From positions 630,001 through 662,000 of the forward strand of contig NZ_CP027570.1 in assembly GCF_003010495.1 (NCBI RefSeq): a stretch of 32,000 bases of DNA, read 5' to 3'. Positions 1 to 7,609 of this stretch are shown piece after piece. A program made the position numbers and the translations under genes. Every line of letters begins with the position of its first letter. Within the stretch, counting starts at the first letter, position 1. The stretch is from Megasphaera elsdenii DSM 20460. Its GTDB lineage: Bacteria > Bacillota > Negativicutes > Veillonellales > Megasphaeraceae. The notes beneath the pieces were generated by a model, which was not told the origin of the DNA, did not search any database, and worked only from the letters and a program-made list of their open reading frames with translations.

Positions 1-695
1 AGGGCCTTGACCGCCGTCGACTTGCCCGTCCCGCGGGAGCCCGTCAGGAGGACGTTATTGGCTGACCGGTTGGCCAAAAAGGCCGTCGTATTGGCCAGGA
101 GCTTTTCCTTCTGGGCCGCATAGCCGATGAGGTCATCCCATTCGAGATGCGGGAAGTTTTCGATGCCGATGAGGTTGCCGTCGTCGCCGATACGGAAGGC
201 CATGAACTGAGCCAGTTTGCCCCGACCATAGACTGCATAATGATGCAGTAAAGCCTTGGTCGCTTCTTCCGGTGTCGATGCCGTCATGAGAGCCGTTTCC
301 AAAGTCTGGACATAGCCATAGACTTTGGGGACAGCCGGCTCATAGTTGTCGAGGAAATCGACATCGAGGAAATCCGAAGCGGACTGTTGCAGATACGGCC
401 AGAGTAAGGTCATGTCCAGCAGCAGGGCCTTGGTCATGCCCGTGCCGGCCTTCCCCGACCGTTCGATGGCTTCGGCAGCGACGGTATTGCCTTCCCCCAA
501 GAGGTAGAGGAAATACTGGCGCAGGATGTTGCCGCTGAGGCCCAGCTGTTCAGCCCGTTCCAAAAGGACAGCCGCTGCTTCATGCTTGCCAAAGGGATTA
601 TCCCCCTGTTCCTGGACCGCCAGCAGTGCCTTGATGACGGAATCATTTAAAAAATTGCGGCACACGACGAGGCCGCGCAGACTCTTATTTTCCAT
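1..695 (-). CDS. AAA-type ATPase, DUF815-like (N-terminal part; the 3' end lies beyond the left window edge)
   Basis: Minus-strand ATG at 695..693 behind GGGGAGG. My translation MENKSLRGLVVCRNFLNDSVIKALLAVQEQGDNPFGKHEAAAVLLERAEQLGLSG...NVLLTGSRGTGKSTAVKA stays open to position 1 and ends in a Walker A (GSRGTGKST). It is absent from the ORF track because it runs off the window. Confidence 0.7.
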   Translation of the reverse strand, partial: MENKSLRGLVVCRNFLNDSVIKALLAVQEQGDNPFGKHEAAAVLLERAEQLGLSGNILRQYFLYLLGEGNTVAAEAIERSGKAGTGMTKALLLDMTLLWPYLQQSASDFLDVDFLDNYEPAVPKVYGYVQTLETALMTASTPEEATKALLHHYAVYGRGKLAQFMAFRIGDDGNLIGIENFPHLEWDDLIGYAAQKEKLLANTTAFLANRSANNVLLTGSRGTGKSTAVKA

Positions 696-803
696 ATGAA
701 AACCTCCCCATAACCCTTTACATATTGGGGCTATTATACCGCCGCCAGGCCACGGTGGTCAAGGAAGTTTCGTCATATTTATACGGTAAAAGGTTTTACT
801 CAA

Positions 804-1640
804 CTACTTTTCCGGACGCAGGGCGTCGGCCATCTTGCACATGCGGACGATGGGTTTGACATCGTGGACCCGGACAATGGTGCAGCCTGCCAAAACGCCG
901 GCTACACAGGTCGTCTCAGTCCCTTCCATCCGTTCCGTCACCGGCAGGTCCAGGATCTTGCCGATGAAGCCTTTCCGGCTCGTTCCCAGGAGCATGGGAT
1001 AAGGCAGGGCCGTCAGTTCCTGCAAATGTTTCATAACGTAGACATTCTGGTCAAAATCCTTGCCAAAGCCGATGCCCGGGTCAGTGATGATCTGGTCCTG
1101 GCTCATGCCTGCCTGGTCAGCAATGATGGCCGAGCGGATGAAAAAGCGTTTCATATCTTCGATGATATCGTCGTATTCCGTACCCTCCTGGTTATGCATG
1201 ACGACGACAGGGACGCCGTATTTGGCGGCGACAGCAGCCATCTTCCCCGGTTCCGGCGCGTATTGGAGGCCCCAGATATCATTCATGATATGGGCGCCCG
1301 TACTCATGGCATATTCAGCCGTTTCCGCCTTGTACGTATCGACAGAAATGGGCACTGGGCAGGCTGCGACCAGGCGCGGCAAAATCGTTTCCAGCCGGGC
1401 GATTTCTTCAGCTGCCGAAATCGGCGTAAAGCCGGGACGTGCCGATTCAGCACCGATGTCGATGATATCGGCGCCGTCAGCTACCATCTCTTCCATATGC
1501 TTCAAGGCCACATCGACGTTATTCCATTTCCCGCCATCCGAAAAAGAATCGGGCGTATAATTGAGGACGCCCATGACCAGCGTCCGTTCCCCAACGGTCA
1601 GCGATTTTCCATCTTTCCAATGATAATGACGAACTTCCAT
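804..1640 (-). CDS. folP: dihydropteroate synthase
   Basis: ORF 804..1682 carries pterin-binding DHPS motifs (VMGVLNYTPDSFSDGG, DIGAESARPG, GTSRKGFIG). I trimmed the start to MEVRHY (ATG 1640..1638), which sits behind GGGAGGAA. Confidence 0.9.
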   Translation of the reverse strand: MEVRHYHWKDGKSLTVGERTLVMGVLNYTPDSFSDGGKWNNVDVALKHMEEMVADGADIIDIGAESARPGFTPISAAEEIARLETILPRLVAACPVPISVDTYKAETAEYAMSTGAHIMNDIWGLQYAPEPGKMAAVAAKYGVPVVVMHNQEGTEYDDIIEDMKRFFIRSAIIADQAGMSQDQIITDPGIGFGKDFDQNVYVMKHLQELTALPYPMLLGTSRKGFIGKILDLPVTERMEGTETTCVAGVLAGCTIVRVHDVKPIVRMCKMADALRPEK

Positions 1641-1656
1641 GCTAATTCCTCCCAAC

Positions 1657-1705
1657 AAAAAAGAGATAACGAAGGCGCCCAAAAGGACGCACAGTCGTTA
1701 TCTCT
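1657..1705 (-). terminator. leader hairpin plus U-run directly upstream of the folP RBS (candidate attenuator)
   Basis: On the minus strand the arms AGAGATAACGA (1705..1695) and TCGTTATCTCT (1672..1662) pair over 11 bp. An inner 6-bp stem (GCGTCC/GGGCGC) with a UUUU loop and internal loops lies between them. A TTTTTT run follows, and GGGAGGAA-ATG of folP comes about 16 nt later. Confidence 0.55.
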
Positions 1706-1741
1706 AAAAACTCAAGTCCGTAACCTGTACGTTACCCGTCC

Positions 1742-1770
1742 ATTATAACAAAAGAAGCGTATCCTCACAA
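1742..1770 (-). promoter_or_regulatory. candidate sigma-70 promoter for the folP leader
   Basis: Minus strand reads TTGTGA (1770..1765), a 17-nt spacer, then TATAAT (1747..1742) with an upstream TG (TGTTATAAT). Confidence 0.4.
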
Positions 1771-1815
1771 GTAAACGGAAAATCCTACTACTATACTAGT
1801 TGAAATTATGGAATA

Positions 1816-2054
1816 GAACGCATTATCGGATATGCCCTTAGCAGTATCGGCCACGTTTTCAGTGCTTCTAACATCACAAAATACTTGAAGAGTGAACATC
1901 GAAAAGTTTCTAACGATACCGTAATAAAGACATAAAGGACAATTACCCCAAATACGTCGTTTCTATGGATGAACTCGACTTTAGTCACGATGGAATCCAA
2001 CACTATAACATTCGTAAATTTTTGCAGCTCCCCCATGATTTATTAAATATGTGA
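1816..2054 (+). pseudogene. decayed remnant of a DUF4143-type AAA ATPase gene
   Basis: The plus strand reads ERIIGYALSSIGHVFSASNITKYLKSEHRKVSNDTVIKT, then a stop. In a different frame it continues KDNYPKYVVSMDELDFSHDGIQHYNIRKFLQLPHDLLNM. These resemble the C-terminal parts of DUF4143 ATPases as I remember them. There is no N-terminal ATPase domain, there is a frame break, and the patch is locally AT-rich. Confidence 0.45.
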
Positions 2055-2068
2055 AAAATGGAAGTTTG

Positions 2069-2096
2069 TTGACGTAAAGTAACTTCATGATATACT
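2069..2096 (+). promoter_or_regulatory. candidate sigma-70 promoter with extended -10
   Basis: TTGACG (2069..2074), a 16-nt spacer, then TGATATACT (extended -10, TATACT at 2091..2096), about 50 nt before the ATG at 2145. Confidence 0.45.
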
Positions 2097-2144
2097 AAAG
2101 ATGGTTTTATCTTTATGGTTCTATGCAAAGGGGGATTCATCATA

Positions 2145-2918
2145 ATGAAAAAAACGCCTGTTATCTTCACCGGTCACGGCAGTCCGATGCTGGCTATCGA
2201 TGAAAACGATTTGACGCGTGAAATGCAGCGCGTCGGCGCAGACGTTCTAACCAGCGAAGACAAGCCCAAAGCCATCCTGGCCATCTCGGCCCACTGGTAT
2301 GTCCCGGGCACGTACATCCAAAGTGCCAAAAAGCCGCGGCAAATCTACGACATGTACGGCTTTCCGGAAGAACTCTATCAGCTCCAATACCCGGCCAAGG
2401 GCTGCCCGAAACTGACCCAGGACGTCTGCCAGCTTTTGGGCAACGCCGTTTCCATCGACGATTCCTGGGGCATCGACCACGGAACATGGAGTGTTATGGT
2501 CCATATGTTTCCTAACGCGCCCATCCCAGTCGTCCAGCTTTCCGTAAACAGCCTGTTTACGCCGGACCAATGCTTCGCACTCGGCCAGAAACTCGCCCCG
2601 CTCCGTGAAGAAGGCTATCTCATCTGGGCCAGCGGCAACATCGTCCACAACTTGCGCCGCGTCGAATGGAACAAGCGCGGCGGCTCTGAAGCGGCCAAAC
2701 ATTTCAACCAAGACATCGTCGATAACGTCACAAAGGGCAACCTCGACGCTGTCATCCACTACGAAAACCACGAACACGCAGCCTACGCCGTGCCGACACC
2801 GGAACACTACCTGCCCCTGCTCTATTGCCTGGGCGCAGCCGGAACGGACAAAGCTACGCCATTCAATAATACCTGCACCTTGGGATCCATGGCTATGACC
2901 GGATTCGTCTGGGCGTAA
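2145..2918 (+). CDS. 4,5-DOPA dioxygenase extradiol-like protein (YgiD / class III extradiol dioxygenase family)
   Basis: ORF 2115..2918. The sequence MKKTPVIFTGHGSPMLAI...ISAHW...DHGTWSV...GNIVHNL is typical of the YgiD/LigB-like family. I trimmed the start to MKKTPV behind AAGGGGGA. Confidence 0.8.
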   Translation: MKKTPVIFTGHGSPMLAIDENDLTREMQRVGADVLTSEDKPKAILAISAHWYVPGTYIQSAKKPRQIYDMYGFPEELYQLQYPAKGCPKLTQDVCQLLGNAVSIDDSWGIDHGTWSVMVHMFPNAPIPVVQLSVNSLFTPDQCFALGQKLAPLREEGYLIWASGNIVHNLRRVEWNKRGGSEAAKHFNQDIVDNVTKGNLDAVIHYENHEHAAYAVPTPEHYLPLLYCLGAAGTDKATPFNNTCTLGSMAMTGFVWA

Positions 2919-2952
2919 AAAAAGGGCTTGTCGCATGACGACAGGCCCTTTT
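2917..2952 (+). terminator. rho-independent terminator (A-run / stem / T-run)
   Basis: GGGCTTGTCG (2924..2933) pairs with CGACAGGCCC (2939..2948) with one G-U pair. An A-run precedes it and TTTT follows. Confidence 0.75.
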
Positions 2953-2956
2953 TGAG

Positions 2957-2990
2957 TTGTTAGTGGCTAGTGATTAGGGGTTAGCGGATG
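2957..2990. repeat. 7-nt-periodic TAG tract (GTTAGTG GCTAGTG ATTAGGG GTTAGCG)
   Basis: TAG occurs at 2961, 2968, 2975 and 2982, an exact 7-nt spacing, so all three frames are stopped. Related tracts lie at 9101..9118, 16961..16990, 19520..19545 and 19596..19618. Confidence 0.5.
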
Positions 2991-3341
2991 GTTTTAACTT
3001 TAAAAGCCCTCGGCTCGTGGAAATGGCCGTGGTTCGTAGTTCGTAAAAGCCTGCCATTATACCAGAATGGGCGGTGATGGAATTTCTCAGCGGGCTGCCC
3101 TTTGGGACAGCCCCTACGCACAAGGCCACAGGCCGTGTATTTTTTTGCAGTCTGCAGGACTACAGCGACCGGCCACCTGCGAATTGCGGCTTGCGTTTAT
3201 TTTTCGTCGCCTATATGCGATTCCGTAGGGGATGCCTAAAAGGCGTACCGCCGTGAATCCTGTGCATAGCCGGAATTTAAGTTGAAAATTTGATGTTGAT
3301 GGGGATGGTTTTAATATCAACCCATCACGATGAACGATGAA

Positions 3342-6338
3342 CTACAAACGATTGGCGAGTTCTTTGATGGTCCCCTTTTCGATTTCGAAGAGGTGGATCG
3401 TGTCTGTTTCTCCGGCCAGTTGTTTTTGGACTTCTTCGGCCAGTTTCAAGGTGGCGTCGGAGCAGGTGAACAAGAATATCTGTTCTTTTTTGCCCAGGGA
3501 GGCCAGGAACTGGATGGCTTCTTTCTGGCGTTGTTCGTCGAAGCGGACTAAGATGTCGTCGAGGATGAGCGGCATCGGCTCGATTTGTTTGGAGAAGGCC
3601 ATGGCCAGACTGATGCGGATGGCCAGGTAAATCTGGTCGCCCAAGCCGCTGCTCCACTGTTTTTCCGGGACGCGGCGCTGGCTGCCGTCGACGGCAAAGA
3701 GCTGTTTGCCATCCAGGCTGGCCTGCAACGTATAGCGGCCCTGGGTCATGAGGTTCAGGTATTCGCCGGCCTGGCGGATGACGACGGGCTGACGGACCCG
3801 TTCGTAATATTCCTGGGCTTGTTCCAGCATGTACTGGGTATACATATTGGTCAGCCAGTCGTCGACAGCCCGATCCAGTTCAGCCTTGCGGTTCTGTTTG
3901 GCCTGCAGGAGCTTACCGTATTCGTCGGTCTTGGCCATCTGGCTCAGGCGTTCGATGATGCTGCCCCGTTTTTCAGCGACTTCAGCCAGTTTCTTTTCGG
4001 CATCGGCAATCTTTTTCTGGTAGTAATCGCGTTCGTCCGTCCAAGTCTTCAAAGTGTGTATCTTCAATTCATGGCGCAGTTCGGACAGGTTCTTCGGCGT
4101 CTTGGCGATGAGGCGGATATGGGCTTCGGTCTGGTCATAGACTTCTTTATACTGATGGAACTGACGGAAGCGCAGGACTTTGCTGCGAAATTCCCCTTCC
4201 GACTGGGCTCCCGTCGCCTTGAGCAGTTCCTGCTGCTGCTGGATGCGCTGCTGCCGTTCTTCACCAAGGCTGACAATCTGGCTTTCCCGTTCTTTCTGCT
4301 GGCGGTCCTGTTCTTTCGCCACTTCGGCCTGGACGCGGATATCCTGCCACTGTTTATAAATGGCTTCGACGGCATCCGGTGACACGGTCTGTTTGACGCC
4401 GACTTCGCGGAAAATCTGTTCTGCCGTATCGCTCCAGCGGGAAATGGCTCCTTTTAATTCCATCTTGCGCCGTTTCCAGTCCGATGCAGCCGTCGTCACG
4501 TCATGCCACGTATCCCAGGCTTCTTTCGCCTTGGCCACATCCGTCGTATCGAGCTTGCTGAAACTGGATTTTTGGCGCCAGCCGTCCCAGGCACTTTCAC
4601 AGGCCAGGAGCTGTTTCTTGCAGGTATTGCCATCGGCCTGCCATTTTTCATAGATGGCGTCATACATGACTTTCTGTTCTTTCTGCCAGGCGTTCTTCGT
4701 TTCCCGGGTCTGCCAATCCAGGTACTGTTTGCGGACGGCATCCAGTTCCTGGAGCCAGCGTTCATTCGATTCATCCGTGCTGAGGGTAATTTCCGCTTCC
4801 TTGGCCAGGTCGCCGATTTTCCCGTTGACGCTGGCCAGCCGGCCTTCGATTTCCGCGATTTTACGGGGAATCCGGTCGGCGCCCGTACTCTGGCGGACTA
4901 AAGAAATGACGGAGATGACGACGCAGGCTGCCGCTCCGCCGAGGCCTACAGTCGAATCGAAGTGACCCATGTAGACGGCAGCGACGCACAGGGCGGCCAA
5001 GACCAGGAAGGCGACGCCGACGAAGGTAAAGGCCTTCGACGAACTGGCCGGTTCCGTTTTCAGCCATTCCAGCTGTTCCTGTATCTTCTGGCGTTCCATG
5101 ACGACATTCTGGATTGTCGCCACAGCGGTCCCGATGACTTCCCATTCGTCTTTAGTCTTTTCAGCCGCTCCGTCTTCCCCGTCTTGGGACGAGACGTTCT
5201 TCGGCTTATCGGCCTTCCATTTTTCTAGATCCTGCCGGCTGTGGTCGAGGGCGGCGGCTGCCGAAATCCCCTGGGTCCAGTTGACGGCGGTCGGAATATC
5301 CTTACCATCGGTCCAGGTTTTGAGCAAATCGGCTTGTTTCGTGCCTTCAAACTCCCAGTCCATTTCCTTATCTTCATGGTCCGAGAGTTCGGCCAGGCCT
5401 TGTTTCCATTCGCCGACGTGATGATACATCTCATCGAGCTGGGGGCCGCAGGCCAGCCAGCGGTTCCACGATTTCTGGAAAGCCGGGCCTTTGCGGCTCG
5501 TCGCCTTGAGTTTGCGGACCTGGTCGTCGATGGCTTTGATATTTTGTTCCAGTTCGGCCCACTTTTGAGCGCCATCAGCGGGGAACTGGGAAACGTCTGC
5601 CAGGGCCTGCATGTGCTGCAAGGCATCCTGGCCGCGCTTATAGACATCCCAGGCGGCAATGGGCATGGAAATCCGTTCAATCTGCTGCTTCGATTCTTCG
5701 ATGTCCAGGCGGATGCGGTTTTCGATTTCGTGGGTCGTCTGTTCCGTTTCCTGCAAGCTGGCAAATTCATCTTCATCGTAAGCCATGCCGTTGATGCGGC
5801 GGTCGAAATCTTTCTGTTCATTGAGCAGGGAGTTGATGGGCTTCTTGCCCTGCGGCGAAGCGACCAGGAGATTCCCCATGTGCTTGGTCACTTCACTGCG
5901 GGCCATCCCCATGCTGACGCCACCTTCGATGCTGAAGAAATGGCTGCGCACGGCTTCATTGGATAGGATTTTAAAGCCCTGCAAGTCTTCCAGGCCCATG
6001 GCAAAAATTTTATCATACGTCTGGCGGTCCAGTCCGTGCCACCACAGGTCTGCCGGTTCGTCCTGAACCTTCTGGCTGCCGTCAGACAGGAAATATTCTT
6101 TTTCATTGCGGACGATCCGGTATTCTTTCCCGTCTTCCCGGCGGATACCCATGCTGCCGAAATAGCCTTTCCAGTCTCCGCGCAAATAACCGAAGAACAT
6201 GGACCGGACATATTTCATGAGCGTCGTCTTGCCGCTTTCGTTGCGGCCGTGCATGACGATCAGGCCGTGTTCCGGCGGATTCCAGCTCACACCATGGTAA
6301 ATCCCGAAATCATCCAAATGCATCTCTGTAATCTTCAT
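3342..6338 (-). CDS. SbcC/Rad50-like AAA ATPase with central transmembrane hairpin (YhaN-like)
   Basis: 998 aa. It has an N-terminal Walker A (HGRNESGKTT), long coiled-coil-like Q/E/K-rich arms, two hydrophobic helices in the middle (AFTFVGVAFLVLAALCVAAVY, GGAAACVVISVISLV), and a C-terminal signature/Walker B region (SSGLGDQIYLAIRISL...PLILDDILVRFD). Confidence 0.8.
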   Translation of the reverse strand: MKITEMHLDDFGIYHGVSWNPPEHGLIVMHGRNESGKTTLMKYVRSMFFGYLRGDWKGYFGSMGIRREDGKEYRIVRNEKEYFLSDGSQKVQDEPADLWWHGLDRQTYDKIFAMGLEDLQGFKILSNEAVRSHFFSIEGGVSMGMARSEVTKHMGNLLVASPQGKKPINSLLNEQKDFDRRINGMAYDEDEFASLQETEQTTHEIENRIRLDIEESKQQIERISMPIAAWDVYKRGQDALQHMQALADVSQFPADGAQKWAELEQNIKAIDDQVRKLKATSRKGPAFQKSWNRWLACGPQLDEMYHHVGEWKQGLAELSDHEDKEMDWEFEGTKQADLLKTWTDGKDIPTAVNWTQGISAAAALDHSRQDLEKWKADKPKNVSSQDGEDGAAEKTKDEWEVIGTAVATIQNVVMERQKIQEQLEWLKTEPASSSKAFTFVGVAFLVLAALCVAAVYMGHFDSTVGLGGAAACVVISVISLVRQSTGADRIPRKIAEIEGRLASVNGKIGDLAKEAEITLSTDESNERWLQELDAVRKQYLDWQTRETKNAWQKEQKVMYDAIYEKWQADGNTCKKQLLACESAWDGWRQKSSFSKLDTTDVAKAKEAWDTWHDVTTAASDWKRRKMELKGAISRWSDTAEQIFREVGVKQTVSPDAVEAIYKQWQDIRVQAEVAKEQDRQQKERESQIVSLGEERQQRIQQQQELLKATGAQSEGEFRSKVLRFRQFHQYKEVYDQTEAHIRLIAKTPKNLSELRHELKIHTLKTWTDERDYYQKKIADAEKKLAEVAEKRGSIIERLSQMAKTDEYGKLLQAKQNRKAELDRAVDDWLTNMYTQYMLEQAQEYYERVRQPVVIRQAGEYLNLMTQGRYTLQASLDGKQLFAVDGSQRRVPEKQWSSGLGDQIYLAIRISLAMAFSKQIEPMPLILDDILVRFDEQRQKEAIQFLASLGKKEQIFLFTCSDATLKLAEEVQKQLAGETDTIHLFEIEKGTIKELANRL

Positions 6339-6343
6339 ACTGC

Positions 6344-7609
6344 TTAACCTCTTCTATGTTCCAGCAATTTCTGTACGCCAAGCCATTTGGCTTTCTCGAA
6401 CGTTTCCAGCAGTCGCTCATCCGTCAATGCCCGGCCATACGTGCCGAGGCGCTCAAATTCCGGACGGCTCATAAGGATATCCCGCAAAGCCCTGACTTTC
6501 TCTTCAGGAGCCAGCTTTTCCAGTTTGTCGAAGACGTTCAGATAGTCGCCGACGGAGTCTGGCAATTTGCTCCGTTCACCCAGGTTCATCTTGGGCCGGG
6601 CCAGGTTGCGCAGGCGTTCGACCATGACAAAAGCGTATTTCCCCTGTTCTTCTTCGCGCCAGCTGTCCAGCCAGTACTGCGTCGCTTCGGGATTGTTGAG
6701 GACGTGGTACATGCTGCCGGAGCCGGTGAAATTGACTGTCAGGAAGGTCGGCTTGCCGATATTGCGGCGCACTTTTTCCTTGGCAAAGCGGACAGACTCG
6801 CGCAATTCCGACACCGATTCGATGCCGTCGATAGCAAGGTCAATGCTTTCCCAGCGGACGATGCTCGTATCGATAAATTCCAGGTCCGTCGTCCCATAAG
6901 GGCCGACTTCGACGTAATAGCAGCCCCGCGGCCCCGTTTCGGTACAATCCAGGCCCTGCGGGTTGCCGGCATAGACGATATATGGCTTTTCACAAAGGAT
7001 TTCATGCTTATGGATGTGTCCCAAGGCCCAGTAATCCATGCCGCACTCCTTTAAATCTTCCAAGGTACATGGCGCATACGTCGATTCCCGGCTGCCGACC
7101 TGAGTATGGAGCATACCGATAGAAAAACGGTCACCAGCGGCACGGTTGAATTTCCAGGCCAGGTTTTCCCGCTGTTCGCTCTTAGCATAACTCTGGCCAT
7201 AAATAGCCGCCACTTCTTCGCCATCGACGACGAGGGGCACCCGTTCAACCGATTCCGTCGGGAAGATATGGACATTGGGCGGAAAGGGAATCTTCGCCTT
7301 CCACGCTTCCAGAGGGTCGTGATTGCCCAGGACGGCAAAGACTTGTATATTATTTTGTGCCAATTTATGCAAGAGGCGCACGTAATCGAGCTGTGCCGTC
7401 AAGTTGTGATCGGCACTGGTGTAGACATCACCCGTGATGAGGACAGCGTGGACTCGTTTATCAATGGCCATCTGGACGATTTTCTGGAAGGCCCGGACAG
7501 GCGCTTTCCCGACGATACGCTGCCACCGTTCATCAATGGCGGCAAGGTTATGGAAGGGACTCCCTAAATGAAGATCACCGCATTGAATAAAACGCAAACT
7601 TTTCGCCAT
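6344..7609 (-). CDS. metallophosphoesterase, SbcD/Mre11-like DNA repair exonuclease (YhaO-like)
   Basis: Carries calcineurin-like motifs: CGDLHLG, ITGDVY, GNHD, GHIH. I prefer the start at MAKSLRF (ATG 7609..7607) because it overlaps the upstream stop as TAATG. The track's longer start at 7633 is possible. Confidence 0.8.
   Translation of the reverse strand: MAKSLRFIQCGDLHLGSPFHNLAAIDERWQRIVGKAPVRAFQKIVQMAIDKRVHAVLITGDVYTSADHNLTAQLDYVRLLHKLAQNNIQVFAVLGNHDPLEAWKAKIPFPPNVHIFPTESVERVPLVVDGEEVAAIYGQSYAKSEQRENLAWKFNRAAGDRFSIGMLHTQVGSRESTYAPCTLEDLKECGMDYWALGHIHKHEILCEKPYIVYAGNPQGLDCTETGPRGCYYVEVGPYGTTDLEFIDTSIVRWESIDLAIDGIESVSELRESVRFAKEKVRRNIGKPTFLTVNFTGSGSMYHVLNNPEATQYWLDSWREEEQGKYAFVMVERLRNLARPKMNLGERSKLPDSVGDYLNVFDKLEKLAPEEKVRALRDILMSRPEFERLGTYGRALTDERLLETFEKAKWLGVQKLLEHRRG

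Noticed and set aside
864-1748. Long antisense or out-of-frame ORFs inside recognisable genes of the high-GC part. Examples are 864..1748 +, 2247..2936 -, 3585..4382 +, 5241..5966 +, 6356..7054 +, 7984..8622 +, 14768..15289 +, 17459..18343 -, 18659..19291 - and 27127..28080 +.
   Set aside because: Each one overlaps a gene with clear family motifs on the other strand or in another frame. Their translations are low-complexity and Arg/Gly/Ala/Pro-rich, and they lack RBSs. These are typical shadow ORFs of GC-rich or codon-biased DNA.
1806-2036. 76-aa minus-strand ORF between folP and the dioxygenase gene.
   Set aside because: The opposite strand reads as fragments of a DUF4143-type ATPase. This ORF has no RBS and no recognisable sequence, so it is most likely the antisense shadow of the pseudogene.
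3074-3320. 60-68-aa ORFs in the 390-bp spacer (3074..3256 +, 3114..3320 -) and 63-aa ORFs at 19418..19619.
   Set aside because: They have no RBSs. They run through hairpins, terminators and repeat tracts, and their composition matches non-coding GC-rich spacer.
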